Source of the DNA: a bacterium
GTDB lineage: Bacteria > Sysuimicrobiota > Sysuimicrobiia > Sysuimicrobiales > Segetimicrobiaceae
Assembly (NCBI GenBank): GCA_035308905.1
Contig: DATGFS010000048.1
Coordinates: 121,422-185,421, forward strand
Direction: 5' to 3'
Length of the DNA stretch: 64,000 bases
In this document: positions 38,083-48,141 of the stretch, in pieces
Numbering within the stretch: position 1 is the stretch's first letter
Layout: each line of letters begins with the position of its first letter
The notes under the pieces: generated by a model
Databases searched by the model: none
What the model was told of the DNA's origin: nothing
Seen by the model: only the letters and a program-made list of their open reading frames with translations
Program-made: the position numbers and the translations under genes

Positions 38083-39444
38083 ATGGATACTCGATGCCGA
38101 CCCCGTCGCGCGCGCGGTGCGGCGCGCCTGGCCCCGGGTTTCATTCTCCTGAGCGCCGTGCTCGCGCCGGGGATCGCGACCGCCCAGCTTCCGGCGACCC
38201 TCCCCTCAGCGGACGGCACCGCGGCGGTCGCGCCGGCGGCCGGTCCGTCGGAGATTACGCTGCCCGCGGTTCGCGCGCTTCGCCTCGCCGTGCCGACGTC
38301 AGGTCTGCCGCAGCCCGCGGGGCCCGCGACGGTCTCCGTGGCCACCGACGTCGGCGCCGTCCCCCGCCGGACCACCTTCTCGCTGCGCCAAGTCCCGGCC
38401 GACGTGACGGTGGACTTCGATCTGCCGCGCGGCATCATCTCGGTCGCCGGCACCCGCGTCGGATCGTTCACCCCGGTTGCGCCGTTGACCGACAATCTGA
38501 AGTTTCCGGTCGACGTGACGATTCAGCGGGGCGGGAGCAGCGTCGCGATGCACCGCGACATCATGCTCCTGCTGCCGACCGTCATCGTCCCCGGATTCTC
38601 CAACGAGAAGCGCACCAGCCCCGACCCGCTGGTCGTGAGGCGATTCGCCCAGTACGGATACACGGACGCGGCGCCGCACCCGACGCTGTTTTGGTATCCG
38701 TATCAGTCCCACCGGATCGGCCTTGAAGAAGGGGCGCACGCGCTGGCCGCGTACGTCCGGCGTGTCGTGCTGCCGGCCGCCTACGCGGCCAAGATCAACG
38801 TGGTCGGCTACAGCGTCGGCGGCTTATTTGCCCGCTGGCTCATCGCGTACGACTTCGACGGGTGGACGGCGCTGGTGAATCGGCTCGTGATGGTCGCCGT
38901 TCCGAACGAGGGCGCGGTCATGCCGTACGTGGGCGCTCACGCGCCGTCGTTCTTGCCGTTCGCGGCGTCGGCGAAGACACCGCTCGGGCGCGTGATGGAT
39001 CCGGTCTTTCCCTTCTGGCGCGCGACGGCCGCTGATCCATGGTCGCTCCCGGCCGATGACGGCAACCCGGCGCTCAACGCGCTGAACGCGCGCCCGTTCC
39101 CGGCGGGCCTTCGTCTCTACAACCTGTACGGCAACAACGATCCGAGCCGGACCGGCGGTCCCCAGACCGCGATCGGCGTGACCGGGCAGCTGCCCGGGGC
39201 GACGCTGTCGTATGGGCCGGGCGACGGGATCGTGCTGACGGCGAGCGCCCTCGGCCTCCCCATCAATGGGTCGCCCGGCCTGCCTGAGTTGGCGGAACGC
39301 GCCGTGCGCATCGACGTGGGACGTGTGTACCACATCCACGTGCTCGAAGTGGGCGCCCCCAAGGCGGCCGCGGTGCTGCAGGACCGGGTCGAGACGGCCG
39401 CCGAGGCGGCGGGGACGCCGCAGCACCCTCAGCCGTCCCGCTGA
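38083..39444 (+). CDS. Secreted alpha/beta-hydrolase (lipase/esterase-like)
   Basis: Signal peptide; nucleophile elbow GYSVGG. A TATAAT box sits 8 nt upstream of the chosen ATG. The start is uncertain. Confidence 0.55.
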   Translation: MDTRCRPRRARGAARLAPGFILLSAVLAPGIATAQLPATLPSADGTAAVAPAAGPSEITLPAVRALRLAVPTSGLPQPAGPATVSVATDVGAVPRRTTFSLRQVPADVTVDFDLPRGIISVAGTRVGSFTPVAPLTDNLKFPVDVTIQRGGSSVAMHRDIMLLLPTVIVPGFSNEKRTSPDPLVVRRFAQYGYTDAAPHPTLFWYPYQSHRIGLEEGAHALAAYVRRVVLPAAYAAKINVVGYSVGGLFARWLIAYDFDGWTALVNRLVMVAVPNEGAVMPYVGAHAPSFLPFAASAKTPLGRVMDPVFPFWRATAADPWSLPADDGNPALNALNARPFPAGLRLYNLYGNNDPSRTGGPQTAIGVTGQLPGATLSYGPGDGIVLTASALGLPINGSPGLPELAERAVRIDVGRVYHIHVLEVGAPKAAAVLQDRVETAAEAAGTPQHPQPSR

Positions 39445-39551
39445 ACCGCATCCGGTCCGCGCCCCGGCCGCGGGCCATTGTGCACGTCCGGGACGGGTAC
39501 TATAATCGGCCTTCGTGAGATTCTTCGTCCCGCTGCTACCGCGGGAGCCCC

Positions 39552-41126
39552 GTGGCTGAGACGATCCCAGGACATCCGGCGGCCGGCGAACCCCATCTAC
39601 GCCGGGACATCAGCGTCTGGGGCTCGTTCATGTGGGGCTACGCCGACGTCGGGGCCGATATCTACGCGGCCCTCGGCATCGTCGTCGCCGCGTCGATGGG
39701 GCTCGCGCCCCTTGCCTTCGCAGTCGCCGGAACCGTGTACGTCCTCATCGGGCTCGCGTATACCGAACTCGCCAGCGCGTACCCCGTCGCCGGAGGCGGT
39801 CAGTACTACACCGCGCGCGGCCTCGGCGATTTGTGGGGGTTTATCGCCGGGTCGGCGCTGCTCCTGGATTACACGATCGACATCGCGCTCTTCGCCGCGG
39901 CGTCGGCGGGGTATGTGAATTTCTTCATTCCGGCGATTCGTGACTTCTCCGTAGCGCTCGGGCCGTTCCGGCGCATCAACCCGCTCTGGGCCGGCGAGAC
40001 CGTCGTCCTGATTCTGTTCCTCGTGTGGCTCAATATCCGCGGGATCCGGGAATCGTCGCTGTTCAATGAAATCATCGGCGCGGTCGACATGGTGACCGAG
40101 TCCCTCGTCATCATGCTCGGGTTTCTGTTCGCCTGGAAGCCGGAACTGCTGGTCCACCAATTCGTGACGCAGCAGCCGACGTTCGGGCAGTTCATGTACG
40201 GATCGTCGCTGGCCATTATCTCCTACGTCGGCCTCGAATCGATCTCGCAGGCGGCCCAAGAGACGCGGCGGCCCGCGACGATCATCCCCCGCACGTCGTT
40301 GGGGCTCATCTTCAGCGTCCTGTTGTTCGCGATGGCATTTTCCACATTGGGGATCGGCATGCTGCCCTGGCAGGAGATCGCCGCGCATCAGGGCGACCCG
40401 GTGGCGCTGCTTGCCCACAACATCCCGTTCATCGGGGCCGTCGCCGGTCCGTTTGCCGCGATGCTCGGCGGCACCATTCTCCTGATCTCCGCCAACACGG
40501 GCGTGATGGGGAGCTCCCGGCTGACGTTTTCCATGAGCGGCCTCGGGCTGGCCAGCAGTTGGATGAACGCCGTGCACCCCCGGTACCGCACGCCTTACCG
40601 GACGATCATCCTCTTTTCGGCGATGGCCGTCGTCGAGGCGCTGCTGGCATTCCTGACCCCGCAGGCGCTGGACACGCTGGGCAACATGTACGCGTTCGGC
40701 GCAACCCTCGCGTACCTGCTGGTCTTCGTGTCGCTCGTGCGGCTGCGCTTCGTGGACCCGGTTACGCCGCGGCCGTATCGCGTGCCGTTGAACTTGCGAT
40801 GGCGGCGCCGGGGCGGGGAGGATGTGCACATTCCGGTGCTCGGGTTTTTCGGCATCGTCGGCGTCGGGCTGATTCTCTTCGAGGTGATCCTGACCCATCA
40901 GATCGGACGAATCGCCGGCCCGGGATGGGTGCTGCTGTGCCTCGCCTACTACGTCTGGTACCGGCGGCGGCAGGGGCTGCCGGTGGCGCGCAGCGTGCCG
41001 CGCCACTGGGAGGAGCAGCAGCGCCGGATCTTGCGGGACGCCGAGGAGTTCGATCTGCTCGAGCAGTACGAGATGGCGCTGGCGCAGCGCGACCGGGACT
41101 TTGCCAGGAGGCGGTATCATGCGTGA
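39552..41126 (+). CDS. APC-family amino-acid/polyamine permease
   Basis: 12 TM helices; APC-type N-terminus and overall layout; hydrophilic C-terminal tail. Confidence 0.8.
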   Translation: MAETIPGHPAAGEPHLRRDISVWGSFMWGYADVGADIYAALGIVVAASMGLAPLAFAVAGTVYVLIGLAYTELASAYPVAGGGQYYTARGLGDLWGFIAGSALLLDYTIDIALFAAASAGYVNFFIPAIRDFSVALGPFRRINPLWAGETVVLILFLVWLNIRGIRESSLFNEIIGAVDMVTESLVIMLGFLFAWKPELLVHQFVTQQPTFGQFMYGSSLAIISYVGLESISQAAQETRRPATIIPRTSLGLIFSVLLFAMAFSTLGIGMLPWQEIAAHQGDPVALLAHNIPFIGAVAGPFAAMLGGTILLISANTGVMGSSRLTFSMSGLGLASSWMNAVHPRYRTPYRTIILFSAMAVVEALLAFLTPQALDTLGNMYAFGATLAYLLVFVSLVRLRFVDPVTPRPYRVPLNLRWRRRGGEDVHIPVLGFFGIVGVGLILFEVILTHQIGRIAGPGWVLLCLAYYVWYRRRQGLPVARSVPRHWEEQQRRILRDAEEFDLLEQYEMALAQRDRDFARRRYHA

Positions 41127-41342
41127 CGCGGACGCCGCGGCCGGCCGTCGCGGAGTCAGCGCCGTGGACGCGTACCGGACGGTGACGAGCGTCCTGACGA
41201 TCGTCCTCGGCATCGTCATCCTGGCGCGCACCCTGCCGCTCGGCGTGCACGTGCAGGCGCTGCTGGTGGGTCTCGGTTTCGTGGGCCTCGGCGCGTACCG
41301 CCTGTCGTTTGTGATCGCGTACCTGCGGCGGCGGACGGCGCG

Positions 41343-41933
41343 ATGACCGGCGGTGTGCCGATCAGCCCGCTCGGCGCCGTGCTGGCGGCGACGTTTGCGA
41401 CCAGCATGACCGTGCTGCTCGCCTGGATGCTGCGCGTGCCCCGGCCCGTATCGGCCGAGATTGCGCGGGCGGTGCGGTCTGTCGGCGCCGTGAGAACGAT
41501 CTTCGTGCCGATTTTGGAAGCGTACTATTCGGAGCGGGCGGTCGAACTCGCGAGCCGGCTCGGCGAGGGCCAGAAGGCCACGATCCTCCTGGGGTTCGTC
41601 GTCGAGGTGCCCCGCACGCTGAGCCTGGGCGTCGCGCTGCCCAAAGTTGAGGAGCGGGGACGTCGCGCGCTCGAGCAGGCCAGCCAGATCGTCGCGAACC
41701 ATCACCTGCAGTCGACGACGGAGATGATCCGCGCCCGGGAGGCGGGGGAGGGCATCACGCGAACGGCGCGGGATCATGACGTCGACCTCATCGTGCTCGG
41801 CATCTCGCCGGAGATCGGGTTCGTCGAAGGGTCGACGGAGCGCGTTGCGGAAGCGCTGTTTCGGCACGCACCCTGCGAGGTCATTATCGACCGGCTTGCC
41901 GAGACCAGCATCGGAGCCGCGCCGAGGTCATAG
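41343..41933 (+). CDS. Universal stress protein (UspA domain) with N-terminal membrane helix
   Basis: UspA-like segments (ATILLGFVVEV...DHDVDLIVLG...APCEVII). Confidence 0.6.
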   Translation: MTGGVPISPLGAVLAATFATSMTVLLAWMLRVPRPVSAEIARAVRSVGAVRTIFVPILEAYYSERAVELASRLGEGQKATILLGFVVEVPRTLSLGVALPKVEERGRRALEQASQIVANHHLQSTTEMIRAREAGEGITRTARDHDVDLIVLGISPEIGFVEGSTERVAEALFRHAPCEVIIDRLAETSIGAAPRS

Positions 41934-41974
41934 ACCGGTTTTCCCGCCGGACGCAGAGAGGGGAGTCAGAGGCG

Positions 41975-42451
41975 ATGCACGTGGTGATCCTGGGGTGTGG
42001 ACGGGTGGGTGCGATGCTCGCCTCGTTGCTGGAGCTCGAGGGACATACGGTGGGCATCATCGACCGCGATCCGGAGTCGTTTCGCCGGCTCAGCGAGGGG
42101 TTCGGGGGCAAGACGATCCTCGGCGTCGGGATCGATGAGGATATCCTTCGCAAGGCCGGCATCGAGCGGGCGGGGGGATTCGCGGCCACGACCAACGGGG
42201 ACAACACGAACATCATGTCGGCGCAGATCGCGAAGATGAAGTTCAAGGTCCCGCGCGTCATCGCCCGGATCTACGATCCGCTGCGCGCGGAGGCGTACCG
42301 CGAACTGGGCATCGACACGATCTCACCCACACTGTTGGGCGCGGGACTCTGCATGGACTTCCTGGCCGCGCGGCCCTGGCGCAGCATCGAAGAGTACCAC
42401 GCCGTGCGCGAAACGCGCCTGCTTTCTGCGGAACCTGAAGGGAGCGGGTAA
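41975..42451 (+). CDS. TrkA-N (RCK N-terminal, NAD-binding) domain protein
   Basis: VVILGCGRVG Rossmann motif. Confidence 0.7.
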   Translation: MHVVILGCGRVGAMLASLLELEGHTVGIIDRDPESFRRLSEGFGGKTILGVGIDEDILRKAGIERAGGFAATTNGDNTNIMSAQIAKMKFKVPRVIARIYDPLRAEAYRELGIDTISPTLLGAGLCMDFLAARPWRSIEEYHAVRETRLLSAEPEGSG

Positions 42452-42453
42452 CC

Positions 42454-43128
42454 ATGTACGTGATCGTGGCGGGGGGCGGGAAGGTCGGCTACTATCTCAC
42501 GAAGGCGCTGCGCGACATCGGACAGGAAGTGACCGTCATCGAGAAGCTGCGCCGGCGCTTCGTCATTCTCAAGGAGGAGTTCGGCGACGGCGCGCTGATC
42601 GGGGATGCCTGCGAGGTCCGTACACTGGATCAGGCGGGCGCGGTGCGCGCGGACCTCGTCGCGGCCGTGACCGGCGATGACGAGGACAACCTGGTCATCT
42701 GCCAGATGGCCAAGCGCAAGTTCAACGTCAAGCGCGTAATCGCGAGGATCAACAATCCGAAGAACGAGGTGACGTTCCGGCTCCTCGGGATCGACGAAAC
42801 GGTGAGTTCGACCAAACTGATCTACAGTCTCATCGAGCAAGAGGTCGAAGTCGGCGACGTCATCCCGCTGACGGCGCTGCGGCGGGGGAACTTGGAGCTG
42901 GTCGAAGTGGCGGTTCCGCAGAACTCACCCGCCGCCAACAGGAAAGTTCGGGACCTCCCCCTTCCCCGTGGATGCACCCTCGGGATTCTTGTGAGAGGCG
43001 AGACGGCCGAGGTGATCAATCCGGACACGCTCCTGCGCCCGGGAGACGATCTGGTGGCGATTATCCCGTCGGCCGGGGTTCAGGCGTTCCGCCAGGCGCT
43101 GCTGGGACGAGGTGTGCCCGCGACCTAA
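42454..43128 (+). CDS. TrkA/KtrA-like K+ transport regulatory protein (RCK_N + RCK_C)
   Basis: IVAGGGKVG Rossmann motif plus a C-terminal TrkA-C domain. Confidence 0.75.
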   Translation: MYVIVAGGGKVGYYLTKALRDIGQEVTVIEKLRRRFVILKEEFGDGALIGDACEVRTLDQAGAVRADLVAAVTGDDEDNLVICQMAKRKFNVKRVIARINNPKNEVTFRLLGIDETVSSTKLIYSLIEQEVEVGDVIPLTALRRGNLELVEVAVPQNSPAANRKVRDLPLPRGCTLGILVRGETAEVINPDTLLRPGDDLVAIIPSAGVQAFRQALLGRGVPAT

Positions 43129-43293
43129 GCACAGCCGGCGCCGCGCGGTCGGTCCGGCGCCGAGGCTCCGCAACGCTGTATTCGCTCGGCCGCGCAAATT
43201 TACGATTTCTTAACCTGTTAGGGTGGCTTCATGACCCCGCCGTAACGCGGTTCGTGGTACGGTGCCCCCTATGAGCGGTACGGGAGGTCGTGT

Positions 43294-43386
43294 ATGACGG
43301 ATGTCTTGATGATTGGCCTGATGGTTGTCCTGCTGCTTTCGACTCTCGTCTGGGTCCCGGGATTGACGCGGCTCATAGGACGGTGA
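43294..43386 (+). CDS. Small hydrophobic peptide (30 aa) upstream of kdpF
   Basis: MTDVLMIGLMVVLLLSTLVWVPGLTRLIGR; strong RBS GGGAGG 6 nt upstream. Not in the ORF track because it is under 60 aa. Function unknown. Confidence 0.3.
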   Translation: MTDVLMIGLMVVLLLSTLVWVPGLTRLIGR

Positions 43387-43390
43387 GGGC

Positions 43391-43474
43391 ATGGTCGTGC
43401 TCGCCGGCATCTTGTCGGCAGGACTTTTCATCTATCTCGTCTGTGCGCTCCTGAAGCCGGAGTGGTTCGTATGA
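43391..43474 (+). CDS. kdpF: K+-transporting ATPase small subunit KdpF
   Basis: [27 protein letters not shown] carries the KdpF C-terminal YLxxALLxPExF signature. Its stop overlaps the kdpA ATG (ATGA). Confidence 0.55.
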   Translation: MVVLAGILSAGLFIYLVCALLKPEWFV

Positions 43475-45288
43475 CGGCGATGGGGGTGCTGCGCATTCTC
43501 CTCGCGCTCGCGGTGGTTTTCGCGCTGGTCCGGCCGCTGGGTCTCTACATGGCCCGCGTCTATATGGGCGAGCGCACGCTGTTGGACCGCGTGCTGCGGC
43601 CGCTGGAACGGCTCTTCTACCGGTGGTCGCGCGTGGACCCGGACGAGGACATGTCGTGGCAGACGTATTCGATCGCGATCCTTCTCTTCACGTTCGCCGG
43701 CATGCTGCTGTTGTACGCGCTCCAGCGGACGCAGGCCGTCCTCCCGTTCAACCCGCAGAAGCTGCCGGCCGTTTCTCCGGATCTTTCGCTCAACACCGCG
43801 GTCTCGTTCGCGACCAACACCAACTGGCAGAACTACAGCGGCGAGACGACGCTGAGCTACTTCGTCCAGATGGCGGGGCTCACGGTCAAGAACTTCGTCT
43901 CCGCCGCGGCCGGGCTTGCGGTGATGGTCGCGCTCTTCCGCGGGCTCACGCGGCGGTCGGCGAAGGCGATCGGCAACTTCTGGGTCGACCTCGTGCGGAG
44001 CAGCCTGTACATCCTGCTCCCGATGTCGGTCGTGCTGGCGCTGCTGCTGGCGTCCCAGGGCGTCGTCGCGACCCTGTCGCCGTACCGGACCGCGGCGCTC
44101 CTTCAGCCGGTGACATACGAGGAGCCGGTCACAGACGCGAACGGGAAACCGGTGCTCGACGCGCAAGGTCACCAGAAGACCAAGCCGGTGACGGTCACCG
44201 ATCAGGTGATCGCGGTGGGGCCCGCCGCGTCTCAGATCGCGATCAAGCAGCTCGGCACGAACGGCGGCGGCTTCTTCAACGTCAACTCGGCGCATCCGTT
44301 CGAGAACCCGACCCCGTTTTCGAACTTCCTGGAGCTGATCGCGATCCTCGTGCTGCCGGCCGCGGTCTGTTACACGTTCGGCAAGATGGTCGGCGACACG
44401 CGGCAGGGGTGGGCGATTCTCGCCGCGATGACGCTGATGTTCCTGCCGCTGCTCGCGATGACCGAGGGGTTCGAACAGGCCGGCAATCCGCTGATCGCCC
44501 ATTTCGGCGTCGATCAGCGGGCGGGTCCCGCGCAGTCCGGCGGCAACATGGAAGGGAAGGAGACGCGGTTCGGCGTCCCCGATTCCGCGCTGTGGGCGAC
44601 GGCGACCACCGCCACGTCAAACGGCTCGGTCAACTCGATGCACGACTCGTACACGCCGCTCGGCGGGATGGTGCCCCTGATCGCCATGCATTTGGGCGAG
44701 GTCGTCTACGGCGGCATCGGCGTCGGGCTGTACGACATGCTGATGGTGGTGATCCTCGCCGCGTTCATCGCCGGCCTGATGGTCGGCCGCACGCCGGAAT
44801 ACCTCGGCAAGAAGATCGAGGCCTTCGAGATGAAGATGGCGTCGGTCGTGGTGCTGGTAATGCCGCTGATCGTCCTGATCGGCACGGCGCTCGCGGTCGC
44901 GACCCCGGCCGGCCGCGCCGGCGCCTCCAACCCCGGCCCGCACGGCTACAGCGAAATCCTCTACGCTTTTACCTCGATGGGCAACAACAACGGCAGCGCG
45001 TTCGCCGGCATCAACAGCAACACGCCGTTCTACAACGACGTTGGCGCGGTCGTGCTCTGGCTCGGACGGTTTTGGGAGATCGTGCCGGTTCTGGCGGTGG
45101 CAGGCGCGATGGCGGCCAAGAAGGTCGTGCCGCCCAGCCCCGGCACCCTGCCCACGCACACCGGGCAGTTCGTGCTGTGGCTCGCCGCGGTGACCGTGGT
45201 CATCGGGGCGCTCAGCTTCCTCCCGGCGCTCGCGCTCGGCCCCATCGTCGAGCACTTCCTGCTCTACGCCGGCGCGGTCTTCAAGTGA
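43471..45288 (+). CDS. kdpA: K+-transporting ATPase subunit A
   Basis: KdpA selectivity-filter-like segments ([19 protein letters not shown]). Confidence 0.9.
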   Translation: MTAMGVLRILLALAVVFALVRPLGLYMARVYMGERTLLDRVLRPLERLFYRWSRVDPDEDMSWQTYSIAILLFTFAGMLLLYALQRTQAVLPFNPQKLPAVSPDLSLNTAVSFATNTNWQNYSGETTLSYFVQMAGLTVKNFVSAAAGLAVMVALFRGLTRRSAKAIGNFWVDLVRSSLYILLPMSVVLALLLASQGVVATLSPYRTAALLQPVTYEEPVTDANGKPVLDAQGHQKTKPVTVTDQVIAVGPAASQIAIKQLGTNGGGFFNVNSAHPFENPTPFSNFLELIAILVLPAAVCYTFGKMVGDTRQGWAILAAMTLMFLPLLAMTEGFEQAGNPLIAHFGVDQRAGPAQSGGNMEGKETRFGVPDSALWATATTATSNGSVNSMHDSYTPLGGMVPLIAMHLGEVVYGGIGVGLYDMLMVVILAAFIAGLMVGRTPEYLGKKIEAFEMKMASVVVLVMPLIVLIGTALAVATPAGRAGASNPGPHGYSEILYAFTSMGNNNGSAFAGINSNTPFYNDVGAVVLWLGRFWEIVPVLAVAGAMAAKKVVPPSPGTLPTHTGQFVLWLAAVTVVIGALSFLPALALGPIVEHFLLYAGAVFK

Positions 45289-45298
45289 GGGTACACCA

Positions 45299-47389
<2,091 letters not shown>

Positions 47390-47424
47390 CGGCGTCCTAT
47401 CGTGCTCGCGAAGGAGCGTGACGT

Positions 47425-47997
47425 ATGCGGCGTCAGATCTATCCGTCGATCATGATGACCATCCTCTCGACCGTGTTGTTCGGATTGATCTACCCGCTCG
47501 CGATCACCGGGGTCGCGCAGGTGCTCTTTCCGAAGCAGGCCAACGGCAGCCTCATCGTCGACGGCGGCAGGGTCGCCGGTTCGACCTTGATCGGCCAGCC
47601 GTTTTCCGACCCGAAATACTTCTGGGGACGTCTGTCCGCGACGTCGCCCTTTCCATATAGCGCCGCGGCCTCCAGCGGCTCCAACCTGGGGCCGACGAAC
47701 CAGGCGCTGATCGACGCGGTCAAACAGCGGATCGACGACCTCCGCAAGGCCGACCCGGGCAACGCGGCGCCGATTCCGGTGGACCTTGTAACCGCCTCGG
47801 CGAGCGGATTGGATCCTCACATCAGCCCCGCGGCGGCGCGGTATCAGGCCGCCCGCGTCGCGCGGGTACGCCGGCTTCCGCCGGACACGGTCGACCGTCT
47901 GATCCGGGAGCATACCGAGGGCCGGCAGTTCGCCATCCTCGGTGAGCCGCGCGTGAATGTGCTAGAGTTGAACCGAGCGCTGGATCAAACGAGGTGA
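47425..47997 (+). CDS. kdpC: K+-transporting ATPase subunit C
   Basis: KdpC N-terminal TM helix and conserved SGLDPHISP motif. Confidence 0.85.
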   Translation: MRRQIYPSIMMTILSTVLFGLIYPLAITGVAQVLFPKQANGSLIVDGGRVAGSTLIGQPFSDPKYFWGRLSATSPFPYSAAASSGSNLGPTNQALIDAVKQRIDDLRKADPGNAAPIPVDLVTASASGLDPHISPAAARYQAARVARVRRLPPDTVDRLIREHTEGRQFAILGEPRVNVLELNRALDQTR

Positions 47998-48141
47998 CCT
48001 TGTATCGGATACGCCGGCGAGGCGGAACGCCCGCGTCCTGAGGCCTTTCTAAAGGAAGCCGAGACCGAAGAGCGCCGGCACCGCCGAGGCAAGCTCCGGA
48101 TCTTTCTCGGGTACGCCGCCGGCGTCGGCAAGACGTACGCG

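Noticed and set aside
39597-41867. 756-aa minus-strand ORF opposite the APC permease and UspA genes
   Set aside because: Antisense GC-driven ORF with no recognisable domains.
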